IMG/VR virus record: IMGVR_UViG_3300028800_000061
Location: 1-64,000 of that record
Source of the DNA: a virus
Direction: 5' to 3' (one strand)
Length of the DNA stretch: 64,000 nucleotides
Shown: positions 1 to 8,831 of the stretch, piece by piece
Layout: each line of letters begins with the position of its first letter
Position numbering within the stretch: the stretch's first letter is position 1
The notes under the pieces: generated by a model
Seen by the model: only the letters and a program-made list of their open reading frames with translations
The model's database searches: none
Told to the model about the DNA's origin: nothing
Position numbers and translations under genes: made by a program

Positions 1-1226
1 TGCTCTGAGCGTTCCGCCGCCGCGGTGACCGCGAGCTGCAGCAGCTCAACGACACCTTCCGGACCCCAGCCGAGCAGATCTGCACGGTCACGCCACACAC
101 TGAACGGCTGACGTTGCGGATCACCCATCCACACGGCGATCATCCGCTGCATGTCGCACTGATCGCAGGTGTGATCGCCACCGCAGGCGGTGCACATTTT
201 CGCCAGGCCCGCCTCGCAGGCGATCAGGTGCTGGACGCCGGTTTTGCCTGAGCCGATTGCACCAGCAACTGCCCCCAGGCCAGCGCCAGAGCGCGGCCTG
301 TGGAGCTGGTAGTGGGTGACCGCACCATCCTGGAAGTACCCGAGATCGACGTTGCCCGTTTTCGGGTTGTACGTGGATTTGCCATCCCACTTGCGGATCT
401 CAGCGGTCTCCGCTTCGGCGGCCTCGTCCTCAGTGACCACGGTTACTTGTGCGCGCGCTTCGGACCGGCGGCCGGGCACATACTCAACGTCGACGTTGTC
501 CGTGGATGTGTCGAACACCCTGGCGATGTTGGTAACCTGCCCGCGCACCGCAACCAGGTCACCTTTGGCGTCATCGCCGAAGAACAAGTGCAGCGAGAAC
601 CCGCGGCCGCCGGGGAGCGCTGTGAAGTTACTGATCTCAGCGCCACGCAATGGGGCGTTCGTGCCCTCGCAGAACTTCCGGTTGAACAGTTCCTGCCGCG
701 GGTCCGGTGGTGGCGGCAGCGCAAGCATCGGCTCCGGCGGGATCTCAAACTGTTCCTCGTCGTCGCCTGGCTGGTTTCTGGCATCCCGGCGTTTGCCGAG
801 CACGTGCGAACTGGCCCTCCAGCCTCCCGCGCCGAGCAACGCGATTTGCATAATCCCGTGCGCACCCCAGGGAGTGACCGCACTGGCGAGCGCCGACCAC
901 GCGGTTCCCCCGAGGATCGCTTTGCGAGCATCCGCTTTGGTGGACTGCCCGCGGCCACGGTTCCGCAGTTCGACCCACGCCTCGACGCACACCCCGGCGA
1001 GCGCGCTGGCAATCAGGTGCTGCAGGGTGCCGTGGCCGAGGAAATGCGTGGCCGAACCGTAAGCGTCGATCGCAGGGATGTACGCGTACGGGACGATGGT
1101 CCCCTTGTGGGTGCGCAGCATTGTCCGGATAGCGCCCGGGCGGGCCGGCGTGGCCGGGGTTGCCGGCTCGTCAGGGTGATCATGCGGTTCGGTGTCCGCA
1201 TCGTGGTGGGCTTCACCGCAAGTCAT
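1..1226 (-). CDS. FtsK/SpoIIIE-family (TraB-like) conjugative DNA translocase, 3' end outside window
   Basis: Not in the ORF track (no stop in window). Manual translation from ATG 1226 (ATGA overlap with upstream stop) gives N-terminal hydrophobic segments then Walker A GAIGSGKT at ~240-263. Confidence 0.8.
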   Translation of the reverse strand, partial: MTCGEAHHDADTEPHDHPDEPATPATPARPGAIRTMLRTHKGTIVPYAYIPAIDAYGSATHFLGHGTLQHLIASALAGVCVEAWVELRNRGRGQSTKADARKAILGGTAWSALASAVTPWGAHGIMQIALLGAGGWRASSHVLGKRRDARNQPGDDEEQFEIPPEPMLALPPPPDPRQELFNRKFCEGTNAPLRGAEISNFTALPGGRGFSLHLFFGDDAKGDLVAVRGQVTNIARVFDTSTDNVDVEYVPGRRSEARAQVTVVTEDEAAEAETAEIRKWDGKSTYNPKTGNVDLGYFQDGAVTHYQLHRPRSGAGLGAVAGAIGSGKTGVQHLIACEAGLAKMCTACGGDHTCDQCDMQRMIAVWMGDPQRQPFSVWRDRADLLGWGPEGVVELLQLAVTAAAERSE

Positions 1227-1915
1227 CGTGCACCCCCCGATTCCGTCACTAGGTACCGTTTCTGGGCCGGGACTTCCCGGCTGCCGCCAGCGCCGATGAC
1301 CGCCGCGGCGACTGGCGCGTAAGCCCGGGTTGTGGCAGCTACCAGCGCGTGCCCGGTGTCAGCGGCGTCCTTGGCGGCTTTCAGCCATTTGAGCGCGAGC
1401 GCAGCGGCGGCGCGGGCAGCGGCGGCGCGGGCGGCAGCGGCGCTGCCCGCTGCTTCCCACGAGGCTGCGTTCGCCATCGCGCTCGCGGCGTACGCCGCGG
1501 CGGCGGCAGCATCCGCGTCTTTCCCATCTGCCGCGGCGACCGCAGAGGCAGTGGCGGCGGCCTGCGCGGCGTTGGCCCATGCGATGGCCTCGGCTTCCGC
1601 CGTTGCTGCCTCACTGTCAGCGGCCCTCGCCCGGACAATTTCCTCGTTGTAGATCTGGTCGGCGCGGTTCATTTGCACCCGCAGCGCGGCGATGATCCGG
1701 CCGCACGCATCCTTCCACCCGAGATGTGTTTCCGATCCCGGCCCGGAGTCCACTTCCAGGCCGGGTGCTTTCTGGTCACATTTGACAGCTCGCGTGCAGG
1801 CAACGGACACCATGCCGCGCCAATCCAGGATGCCGTTCACCTGAGGTCGGCCAACATCAACATCATCAGCGGTGACACTGTCGAGCATCACCGTGAATGC
1901 GATCATCAGTTTCAC
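1223..1915 (-). CDS. Ala-rich helical protein of transfer operon
   Basis: SD GGAG; coupled to translocase start; C-terminus AGGSREVPAQKRYLVTE. Confidence 0.65.
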   Translation of the reverse strand: MKLMIAFTVMLDSVTADDVDVGRPQVNGILDWRGMVSVACTRAVKCDQKAPGLEVDSGPGSETHLGWKDACGRIIAALRVQMNRADQIYNEEIVRARAADSEAATAEAEAIAWANAAQAAATASAVAAADGKDADAAAAAAYAASAMANAASWEAAGSAAAARAAAARAAAALALKWLKAAKDAADTGHALVAATTRAYAPVAAAVIGAGGSREVPAQKRYLVTESGGAR

Positions 1916-2013
1916 TGCTGATCCCTCTCCGCGTGCGTGCGATCTGGCGTTCTGGATCGGGCCCCGGTCCAGCGGGTGAACGGCGGCGCCGGGGCCCGAT
2001 CCGGGATGTCAGA

Positions 2014-2328
2014 TCAAGAGTCCCGGGTGTTGTACCGCTTCTGCTTGGCGACTTCGAGCAGGCCGCCGGCGTCCTGCTGCGCGGTGGCCAGGTCCTTGTA
2101 CTGGTCGTTCACGTAGGCGTGGATCGCGGCGCCCTGCCCGGCCAGGTCCTTCACGATGGCGGCTGCCTCTTTGGTGAGCTTCGTTTGCTCCCTGCCGGCA
2201 CCGACCGAGCCCAGGCTTGCGATGAGCAGGTCCAGGTTGTCGCCGAGATCCACACCGAGAACGCCGACTGCGGCGTCCATGTGCTCTCTCCAGTCCCGGT
2301 GGGTGTAATCGGATGTCATGACTGTCAT
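2014..2328 (-). CDS. ~100 aa helical protein of transfer operon
   Basis: SD AAGGGA; C-terminus AGGLLEVAKQKRYNTRD resembles neighbours. Confidence 0.7.
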   Translation of the reverse strand: MTVMTSDYTHRDWREHMDAAVGVLGVDLGDNLDLLIASLGSVGAGREQTKLTKEAAAIVKDLAGQGAAIHAYVNDQYKDLATAQQDAGGLLEVAKQKRYNTRDS

Positions 2329-2394
2329 TGCGTTTCCCTTTTGGTTGATCTGGTGTTGTGATGTCTAGGCTCTTGGGTTAAGAAGCCTGGATGG

Positions 2395-3570
2395 TTAGAA
2401 GACTTCGAGGTAGGCGGCAGCGGCGGTTTTCTCCGGGCCGCCGGCTGCTTCGGTGGCTTCGACGACTCCATCGAGCCGCGTGTTGACTTTCCCGAGGATT
2501 TCCTCAATCCGGCCGCGGGCGGCTTCCACAGCTGCCATCCAGTCGGTGACCAGGTTGAACTGGTCCCGGCTCACATCTGCGCCGCTCAACCTGTCCCGCA
2601 TGCCGCTTATGCACATGGTGAGGACTTCCAGGCCGCGGGCAACGCTAAGCAGAGCCTGGTTGTACCGGCCGTGGGTGAGCGTGCCTCCCGAGTGTGCGTG
2701 GGTGAGCGCGGCTGCGCCCAGGGCGGCGACAGGCTGTGCCGTGCGCCGTACAATCTCTCCTGCCATGGGATCTCCCATTTCTTCGATGACGGCCGACGGC
2801 GCGGGGCCGGTGACCTGTGGTGGATCGGTGACCTCGATGTCGTAGATACCGGCGTCCTCGGCATCACCGGCCTGCCCGGCAGCGGGTGATGCCGGTATGG
2901 CCGCTAGCACTGGGGATCCGGTGGCATCGGGGGCGTCGATGACCCGGCATCCGGCGCATAGCAGCCACTCGGCAGCACCGCGGAATACTGGGGCAAGTGC
3001 CGTGATTGCGGTGACGGCACCGCAGTTGTCACACACACCGGACGGGACGGTCTCCCCGGCTCGTGTGTGGCGGCGGTGCCGCTGCCAGGCGGTGAAACCC
3101 CGGCCCGCGTCCCGTGCCCTTGCCTTTGCACCCGGGTGAGTTGCCCGGCGGGCTCGCGCGGCCGTGTGAGCTTGCCGGGCCCGTGATCCGGCACCGGCGA
3201 CAGCGGCGTCGAAGATGCGGTGCAGCGGGCCTGCCGAGGGCAGGACCCGCGTGTTGGCGCCGGTGGCACCGTCACGCAGGCCCCGCATCCCCCGGCGTAG
3301 CGCCCGCCCGGATCGCACTGCGGCGTTAGCCCACCACCACCCGGACTTGAGCGGGGACGAGTTCGCGCCTTCCTCAAGGTGACGTCGCACGCTCTCGCGC
3401 GTGTTGTCGGCGATCACCTGGCGGCCGCGGCGTAGCTCCGCGGCCGCCTGCGCCCGGGCGTGATCGAATCCGCCGGTCAAGCCTGCGACGATCTCTTCAC
3501 CCCAGGCCAGCATGATCATCGTCCCGAAGACGAGCGCGGCGATCAGCCCTTCGGCGTCGTTCATTCCCAC
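2395..3570 (-). CDS. Transfer-region protein (N-terminal TM, CxxC-CxxC, C-terminal helical domain)
   Basis: 391 aa ORF with CDNC...CAGC, co-oriented in operon. Confidence 0.7.
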   Translation of the reverse strand: MGMNDAEGLIAALVFGTMIMLAWGEEIVAGLTGGFDHARAQAAAELRRGRQVIADNTRESVRRHLEEGANSSPLKSGWWWANAAVRSGRALRRGMRGLRDGATGANTRVLPSAGPLHRIFDAAVAGAGSRARQAHTAARARRATHPGAKARARDAGRGFTAWQRHRRHTRAGETVPSGVCDNCGAVTAITALAPVFRGAAEWLLCAGCRVIDAPDATGSPVLAAIPASPAAGQAGDAEDAGIYDIEVTDPPQVTGPAPSAVIEEMGDPMAGEIVRRTAQPVAALGAAALTHAHSGGTLTHGRYNQALLSVARGLEVLTMCISGMRDRLSGADVSRDQFNLVTDWMAAVEAARGRIEEILGKVNTRLDGVVEATEAAGGPEKTAAAAYLEVF

Positions 3571-3572
3571 GG

Positions 3573-3992
3573 TCAGCGACCTGCCGAGTTCGACGTGGTC
3601 TGAGTGAGCTGCGTGTTCGACGTGGTGCCGAGTGAGTGCAGGAACTGGAGCGCCAGCGACAGCCCGGCAATCGCGAAAGCGCCGAGGATGAAGCCGAGGA
3701 TCGGCGTCCGGGCGTGGTGGTGACCGTAATCACGCATTTCCAGCACGAACCAGATGAACACGATGATGAGGCCACCGCCGATCATGTACTTCGTGCTGGT
3801 GTTGAAGCGGCTGAACCCTCCGATCGCCAGGAGGATGGTGCCGCTGGCACAGAACCCGGAGAGGCCAGCCAGGATCGAGGTTGGCTTCTTCGCTACCTTC
3901 TTCCACCAAAAGAGCCACGAGAGGCCCCCGAAGAACAGTGCGGCGATGATTGGGACTGAGATATTCACGACGTTCCTTTCGTTTTCCCTCAC
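3573..3992 (-). CDS. Multi-pass membrane protein (Spd-like)
   Basis: About four hydrophobic helices; overlaps upstream stop. Confidence 0.7.
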   Translation of the reverse strand: MRENERNVVNISVPIIAALFFGGLSWLFWWKKVAKKPTSILAGLSGFCASGTILLAIGGFSRFNTSTKYMIGGGLIIVFIWFVLEMRDYGHHHARTPILGFILGAFAIAGLSLALQFLHSLGTTSNTQLTQTTSNSAGR

Positions 3993-4519
3993 AGGAGGAT
4001 GATTACGATGATCAGGATGATGAACGGCAGTGCGATCAGCATTTGGATTGGGCGCTCAGGCAATCCGCTTATCAGGTTGCCTACTGCTTTGAGCGGGCGG
4101 GCGATCAGGATGTGGTAGAGGACGCCGCCCCACTCGATGAAACCTCCTTTGTGTCCTTCGGGTACCCACGCCCTGGATTTGAGGTACTGCCGGTGCTTGC
4201 CGAGTGATTCAGGTTGCGCCCACCATGCCCAGAGGGCGGGGTTTCCTTTCTTGGCTGGTTTGCCGGATCGTTTTGCCCAGTGCCGGATTACGAATCGGAG
4301 TTCCTCGTACCGGCTCCGGTTCCGGCCGGTGAGTTCGATGGCCGGAACCAGCGCGGTCCCGGTTCCGGTGTCCGCCGGTTCTGGTTCTGGAACCAGCTCT
4401 GGTTCTGGTTCCAGAACCAGAGCGCGGTCTGCCAGGTCCGGTTCCGGGGTGCCGGTTCTGGTTCCGGCTGTCTCGCCGGGGAGGACGATGTGCAGTCCGC
4501 TGTGGTCTCCGCAAGTCAC
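3989..4519 (-). CDS. Membrane-anchored hypothetical protein
   Basis: C-terminal hydrophobic tail; 4-bp overlaps on both sides. Confidence 0.65.
   Translation of the reverse strand: MTCGDHSGLHIVLPGETAGTRTGTPEPDLADRALVLEPEPELVPEPEPADTGTGTALVPAIELTGRNRSRYEELRFVIRHWAKRSGKPAKKGNPALWAWWAQPESLGKHRQYLKSRAWVPEGHKGGFIEWGGVLYHILIARPLKAVGNLISGLPERPIQMLIALPFIILIIVIILL
4318..4465. repeat. Cluster of ~12 GGTTCY/RGAACC hexamers
   Basis: Counted by eye on both strands inside CDS 3989-4519. Confidence 0.75.
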
Positions 4520-4839
4520 CGGGAACCACTCCCCCCGGAGTGCCCGGTGGGCCCTGGAGCCGGCACGTAGCCCGGCAGCCGCCGGCCAAGATTGAGGAAC
4601 TGCTCGATCAGCTCCGTGTAAACGCGGTCGTTGTTGATCTTCTTTGCTTCGCTCTGGGAGCCGCCGACCGCCACATTGAGCGCGCCCTGGAAGTTGCCGG
4701 CACGTAGCAGGCTGGCGGCCCGGCGGCGGCGATCTGCATCGCGATCACCAGCCCTGCCCCGAGGCGCAGGCAGGGCCTTGCCAGCCGGGTCTAGGCCGCC
4801 CAGGATGCGGGCGATGGCAGCGTCCAGTTCGGTTGCCAT
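4516..4839 (-). CDS. Hypothetical protein
   Basis: SD GAGGAG; GTGA overlap with next gene. Confidence 0.65.
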   Translation of the reverse strand: MATELDAAIARILGGLDPAGKALPAPRGRAGDRDADRRRRAASLLRAGNFQGALNVAVGGSQSEAKKINNDRVYTELIEQFLNLGRRLPGYVPAPGPTGHSGGSGSR

Positions 4840-4861
4840 TTCCGCTCCTCTCCCTTATACT

Positions 4862-4978
4862 CGCGCGCGCGCATGCGCGCTGCGCATGCGCGCTGCGCAT
4901 GCGCGCCGCGTGGAGACCTCGGACGGGGGGGTGCAGATCCTGCGGGCCCGCAACATCTGCGGGCCCGCAACATCTGCG
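4862..4978. repeat. Three 13-bp GCGCATGCGCGCT units followed by three iteron-like CGCA-N5-TGCG sites at 17-bp period
   Basis: Units at 4869, 4882, 4895; iteron-like sites at 4932, 4949, 4966. Confidence 0.85.
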
Positions 4979-5042
4979 AGTGCTGCCTCCGGCCTGCGCC
5001 AGGTGCCCGGCGCGGGACAGAAAGCAACTTTCCGGATGACCG

Positions 5043-5969
5043 TCATGCCACGTTCTCCTTGGCGGCAATCGCCGCATCCTCTGCTGCCTTGATCTGATGC
5101 CGGATCTCGCCGGCGATCTTCTTGCTCCGGCTGAGCGCGAAGGCCAGCTCTTGGTTGGTCATCCGCTTGCCGGTGGTCCGCCAGTGAGCGATGACGGTCT
5201 CCAGTGCCCGGCGCTGCAACCCCTCGTCGCTTTCCAGCGGCGGCCGTGACCGCGGCTCGCGCACCGCTGGTAGCTGTGCCGCCCGGCGGGCAGCGGGACC
5301 GCTCGCGGTCCGCGGGGAGCCAGAACCCGTGTCCGCTCCATCCCTGGTTCCCGGACCGGTCGGCTCCTGGTTCTGGTTCCCGGACGTGATCTGGTTCTGG
5401 TTCCCGGGCGGAAGCTGGACCTGCTGGTTCTGAGCGAGCGCCTGGTTCTGATCAGGCACGACGCGTCGCTGCGCGGCCTGGTTCTGGGCAGTCCCAGAAC
5501 CAGCGTCACCCTCGCGACCCGGGGCCAGCGGCCTGAAGCTTTCACGCCTTTCCAGAAGACCGAGTGTGAGCAGAACGACCACACCCGGAAGCACGCCGAT
5601 AGTGACACCCCAGAAACCTGGCGCGGCTGTCGCATAGTTCATCGCCAACGTCATGAGCACACCGAAGACAATGAACATCATCGGTGCTGATACCCAGCCC
5701 TTACGCGGCCGACCGATCCTCTTATCCCGCTGCCGCTCTTTCGCAGCTACGAAACAAAGCAAGTCGATACATGCAGCGGTGGCGACTGCTTCTGTGCCGT
5801 GCTTGCCATGCCGGATGGCAACCTGAACTTCATTCGTGAATGATCCAGCGAACCCGATGATGATGATGATGTACAGGGGGGCGTCCTGCTGTGCCCAGGC
5901 GAACACCCGGCCGAGCACCCGGCCGACCTTTTCCGGCTTGGTGGCCGGGGGGGCAGTGTTACGGCTCAT
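5043..5969 (-). CDS. DUF2637/SpdB2-like membrane protein with C-terminal HTH
   Basis: SD AAGGAG before ATG 5969; four TM segments, low-complexity linker, C-terminal MTNQELAFALSRSKKIAGEI HTH-like. Confidence 0.7.
   Translation of the reverse strand: MSRNTAPPATKPEKVGRVLGRVFAWAQQDAPLYIIIIIGFAGSFTNEVQVAIRHGKHGTEAVATAACIDLLCFVAAKERQRDKRIGRPRKGWVSAPMMFIVFGVLMTLAMNYATAAPGFWGVTIGVLPGVVVLLTLGLLERRESFRPLAPGREGDAGSGTAQNQAAQRRVVPDQNQALAQNQQVQLPPGNQNQITSGNQNQEPTGPGTRDGADTGSGSPRTASGPAARRAAQLPAVREPRSRPPLESDEGLQRRALETVIAHWRTTGKRMTNQELAFALSRSKKIAGEIRHQIKAAEDAAIAAKENVA
5322..5501. repeat. Second cluster of ~10 GGTTCY/RGAACC hexamers
   Basis: Includes CTGGTTCTGGTTCC at 5367 and 5391, also found at 4399. Confidence 0.75.
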
Positions 5970-5991
5970 TGTTCCGGTCTCCTTCCGGTTC

Positions 5992-6453
5992 CTAGTACCA
6001 GTTATTTGCGACTTCGTGGTCCCATGCGGCGCACGGGCTCTTATACCGGCCATCGATGTACTTGAGGCCCCATTTGATTTGCGCAGTGAAATCACCAGGT
6101 GCATAAGCGCTCCACCCGTTGATGTTCTGGGGGATACCCCGGGCATCCGATGTCGGATTTGCCGCGTAGGGATTCCATCCGGATTCCTTGGTCCACAGCT
6201 TGTTCAGGCATGTGAGCTGGTCGCCGGTCCACCCGTACTCCGCTGTGGCCAGCCGGTAGCCGGCGTGAACGATGTGACTGTGGGTGGTCGCGCCGCCGCT
6301 GCTGCCGGAACTGCTGCTGATGATCGAGTTGAGCGCGCCAGAGTGCGCGGCTGAGGCGAGGAAGAGACCCAGGACGATGGCGAGAATCCAGCTGCCCGGA
6401 CGGTTCCGGCTGGAAGACCGGTAGCGGGGGGGCAGCCGGTAGTGGCCGCTCAT
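5992..6453 (-). CDS. Lytic transglycosylase (SLT-like)
   Basis: N-terminal TM; CLNKLWTKESGWNPYAANPTSDARGIPQ...QIKWGLKYIDGRYKSPCAAW. Confidence 0.9.
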   Translation of the reverse strand: MSGHYRLPPRYRSSSRNRPGSWILAIVLGLFLASAAHSGALNSIISSSSGSSGGATTHSHIVHAGYRLATAEYGWTGDQLTCLNKLWTKESGWNPYAANPTSDARGIPQNINGWSAYAPGDFTAQIKWGLKYIDGRYKSPCAAWDHEVANNWY

Positions 6454-7001
6454 GATGCGACTCGCATCAGGCGGCGGCGCTCCCGCTCGGCCAGCCCACC
6501 CCAGATCCCGAACCGCTCATTGTGCTCGAGCGCGTACTGCAGGCACTCGAGCCGGACCTCGCAGCTGCGGCAGACCTTCTTGGCCTCCCGGGTGGAGCCG
6601 CCCTTCTCAGGGAAGAAGGCTTCCGGATCCGTCTGCGCGCACAGCGCGCGATCCTGCCAGCCGAAGTCCTCGGCGTCGTCGCTGAACTCGGTGTCCTCGG
6701 GGGTGCCCATCTGATCGGTGGCCTCGTCGTACCGCAGGCCGCCGCCAGTTCCGACAAGCTTGACAGCGCCGATCGTGGACCCGGTGGAGTTCGCTGTCTG
6801 GCGGACGGTGACACCGCTGCCCAGGAGGTTGAGGATCCGTTTGGCGCGGGTCGGGTTGTCCTCATCGTCGGTTGTGACGACGCGCAGCTGGGGGCCCGGG
6901 CGGGTGATCATTTTGGGATCGGGGCCGACGACAGGGCCTGCGGCGCCGACAACCTCAGAGCGGATCCTCTGCTGCTTGCGCTTCGCGCTCACGCTCGGCA
7001 T
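6450..7001 (-). CDS. whiB: WhiB-family regulator with N-terminal HTH-like extension
   Basis: WQDRALCAQTDPEAFFPEKGGSTREAKKVCRSCEVRLEC...GIWGGLAERERR; SD GGGAG before ATG 7001. Confidence 0.93.
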   Translation of the reverse strand: MPSVSAKRKQQRIRSEVVGAAGPVVGPDPKMITRPGPQLRVVTTDDEDNPTRAKRILNLLGSGVTVRQTANSTGSTIGAVKLVGTGGGLRYDEATDQMGTPEDTEFSDDAEDFGWQDRALCAQTDPEAFFPEKGGSTREAKKVCRSCEVRLECLQYALEHNERFGIWGGLAERERRRLMRVAS

Positions 7002-7045
7002 TGATGACTCTCCCGGTGTGTCGCAGATCCCTATCTGCGAGCATC

Positions 7046-7113
7046 TTGTATGTATGATGTCTCTTGTACGTACCATACACGGGACAGTATGAGGGCGCAA
7101 GGGAACTTGTACG
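7046..7113. promoter_or_regulatory. Divergent promoter region with TTGTACGTAC-type operator repeats
   Basis: TTGTATGTATGA 7046, TTGTACGTACCA 7064, TTGTACG 7107 between whiB and gntR. Confidence 0.6.
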
Positions 7114-7149
7114 ATCGTCCTGTACAGGGTCGGTTCGGAGAGGACGGCA

Positions 7150-7953
7150 GTGGTGGTCACCAAGTACAAAGAGGTCGCTGACCTGGTACGGGGCATGATC
7201 AAGTCAGGTGAGCTTGGGCCTGGCGATGTGGTCCCCACGGAAGTAGCGCTAGCGACCAGGACCGGACATCACAGGCAAACCGTCCGGGCAGGCCTGGAAA
7301 TCCTCCAGAATGAAGGACTCATACGTACCGACCGCGCCAAGCGCCGCCGGTACGTCATGGGGCGGCAGCTACTGCAGATCCACGCATCCAACGATGAGTC
7401 GCGGGGGCGGACGAAGGAACGGCGCGTTCACGGCATCGACGTGTGGACCGCCGATGTGCGCGCCGCCGAGCATGAGCCGGGGCAGATCATCACCGTCGAG
7501 GTCGTTCTTGCCGGCGGGGAGCTCGTGCACCTGGCCCGGCTGCTCGAATTGCCGCCTGGCACTCAGCTGTGCGCCCGGCACCGAGTGCGGACCATCGACG
7601 GTGAGCCCCACGACCTGTGCACCACCTACTACCCGATGGACATCGCCGCAGGCAGCCCCATCATGTCCCCAGTCGATGTCACTGAAGGTGTCATCGCGTA
7701 CATGGAGGGGATTGGCTGGGTGCAGACCTGGTTTGAGGACACGATCGAAGCCCGTATGCCTGATGAGCAGGAACGGTATGTGCTCCGGATGAAAGCGGGC
7801 ATTCCGCTCATGATCCAGACGCGTACCGGTTACTGCGCCGAGCACGGCACCGAGTCTCTTGTCGGCCAGACCGGGTACGGGCGGCCGGTGAAAGTCACAA
7901 TCACCTCATGGCCGGGGGACCGGACCCAGCTGGTGTACGGGCTGCCGGGGTGA
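7150..7953 (+). CDS. GntR/HutC-family (UTRA) repressor, KorSA/TraR-like
   Basis: KYKEVADLVRGMIKSGELGPGDVVPTEVALA wHTH plus UTRA-like C-terminus; divergent from transfer genes. Confidence 0.9.
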   Translation: MVVTKYKEVADLVRGMIKSGELGPGDVVPTEVALATRTGHHRQTVRAGLEILQNEGLIRTDRAKRRRYVMGRQLLQIHASNDESRGRTKERRVHGIDVWTADVRAAEHEPGQIITVEVVLAGGELVHLARLLELPPGTQLCARHRVRTIDGEPHDLCTTYYPMDIAAGSPIMSPVDVTEGVIAYMEGIGWVQTWFEDTIEARMPDEQERYVLRMKAGIPLMIQTRTGYCAEHGTESLVGQTGYGRPVKVTITSWPGDRTQLVYGLPG

Positions 7954-8720
7954 GCGGGCTCGCCATCCGGCACGCCACCATGGACGATCTGCCGGAAGTG
8001 CTGGGCTTGGTGAACTTGGCCGCGGCCCGGTTGCACCATCGGGGGCAACGGCAATGGTGGTACGGGTTCGGGCCGGGGGAGAAATTTGAGAAACCTCTCC
8101 GGCTGGGCCGCACCCTGCTTGTCGTTCCTGTTGATGAGGTGATGGCTGTGGCGACGATCACTGTCAGCCCGGAGGGTGACCCGCTGTACTGGTGCGAGCC
8201 GGGGGAGCTGGCCCGGGCGGCGTGGTATGTCGCGAAGACCGCTGTCGCCCCATGGGTGACCGGGCGCGGGCTGGGGATGCTTCTGCTGCGGTGGGTGCTC
8301 GACCAGGCGTATCAAGCTGGCGTCGAGGTGGTCCGCCTTGATGCGTGGCGGGACAACTCAGGGTTGCAGCAGTTGTACCTGGATGCTGGCTGGCGGTTCG
8401 TGCGCATGCAGGTTGTGCCGGGGAAGTACTCGGGTGCTCTCTTTGAGCATCCCGCGGTGGAGGATCTGACGGCCCGGGCCGCGTTCACTGGCCGGGCCGG
8501 CTGGCAGCAGCGGGCCATGCGTGATCCGTTGCCGGAAGGCCGGCATGTCCGTTTCGTCACTGGCATGCTGGCCGGGCTGAGTGGCAGCATCCACGCTGTG
8601 CTGCTCCCGGATGGCGGGCAGCCGGTGCACGGGGCCGCCGCTGATTACCCGGTCCGGCAGTATCAGGTGTTGCTGGATGACGGGCAAATGGTGACGTGTA
8701 CCGATATGGATGTCGAATAA
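7950..8720 (+). CDS. GNAT acetyltransferase with C-terminal KOW-like segment
   Basis: GRGLGMLLLRW...VRLDAWRDNSGLQQLYLDAGW; GTGA overlap. Confidence 0.85.
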   Translation: MSGLAIRHATMDDLPEVLGLVNLAAARLHHRGQRQWWYGFGPGEKFEKPLRLGRTLLVVPVDEVMAVATITVSPEGDPLYWCEPGELARAAWYVAKTAVAPWVTGRGLGMLLLRWVLDQAYQAGVEVVRLDAWRDNSGLQQLYLDAGWRFVRMQVVPGKYSGALFEHPAVEDLTARAAFTGRAGWQQRAMRDPLPEGRHVRFVTGMLAGLSGSIHAVLLPDGGQPVHGAAADYPVRQYQVLLDDGQMVTCTDMDVE

Positions 8721-8831
8721 GCACGTTCCGGCATGAACCCCTGTCTTACGACATCGCGCTAGCGTCAGATCGCAGAGTGTCACATACTTGCATGCGGGGG
8801 GCCCTCACGGGAGTGAGAGGGAGCAAGAGCG

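Noticed and set aside
300-1322. Long plus-strand ORFs (340 and 248 aa)
   Set aside because: Antisense shadows of the minus-strand TraB-like gene, as expected in high-GC DNA
4855-5046. 63-aa ORF coupled to the DUF2637 stop
   Set aside because: Consists largely of translated DNA repeats; it could be a coupling device but has no protein-like signal, so it is not called
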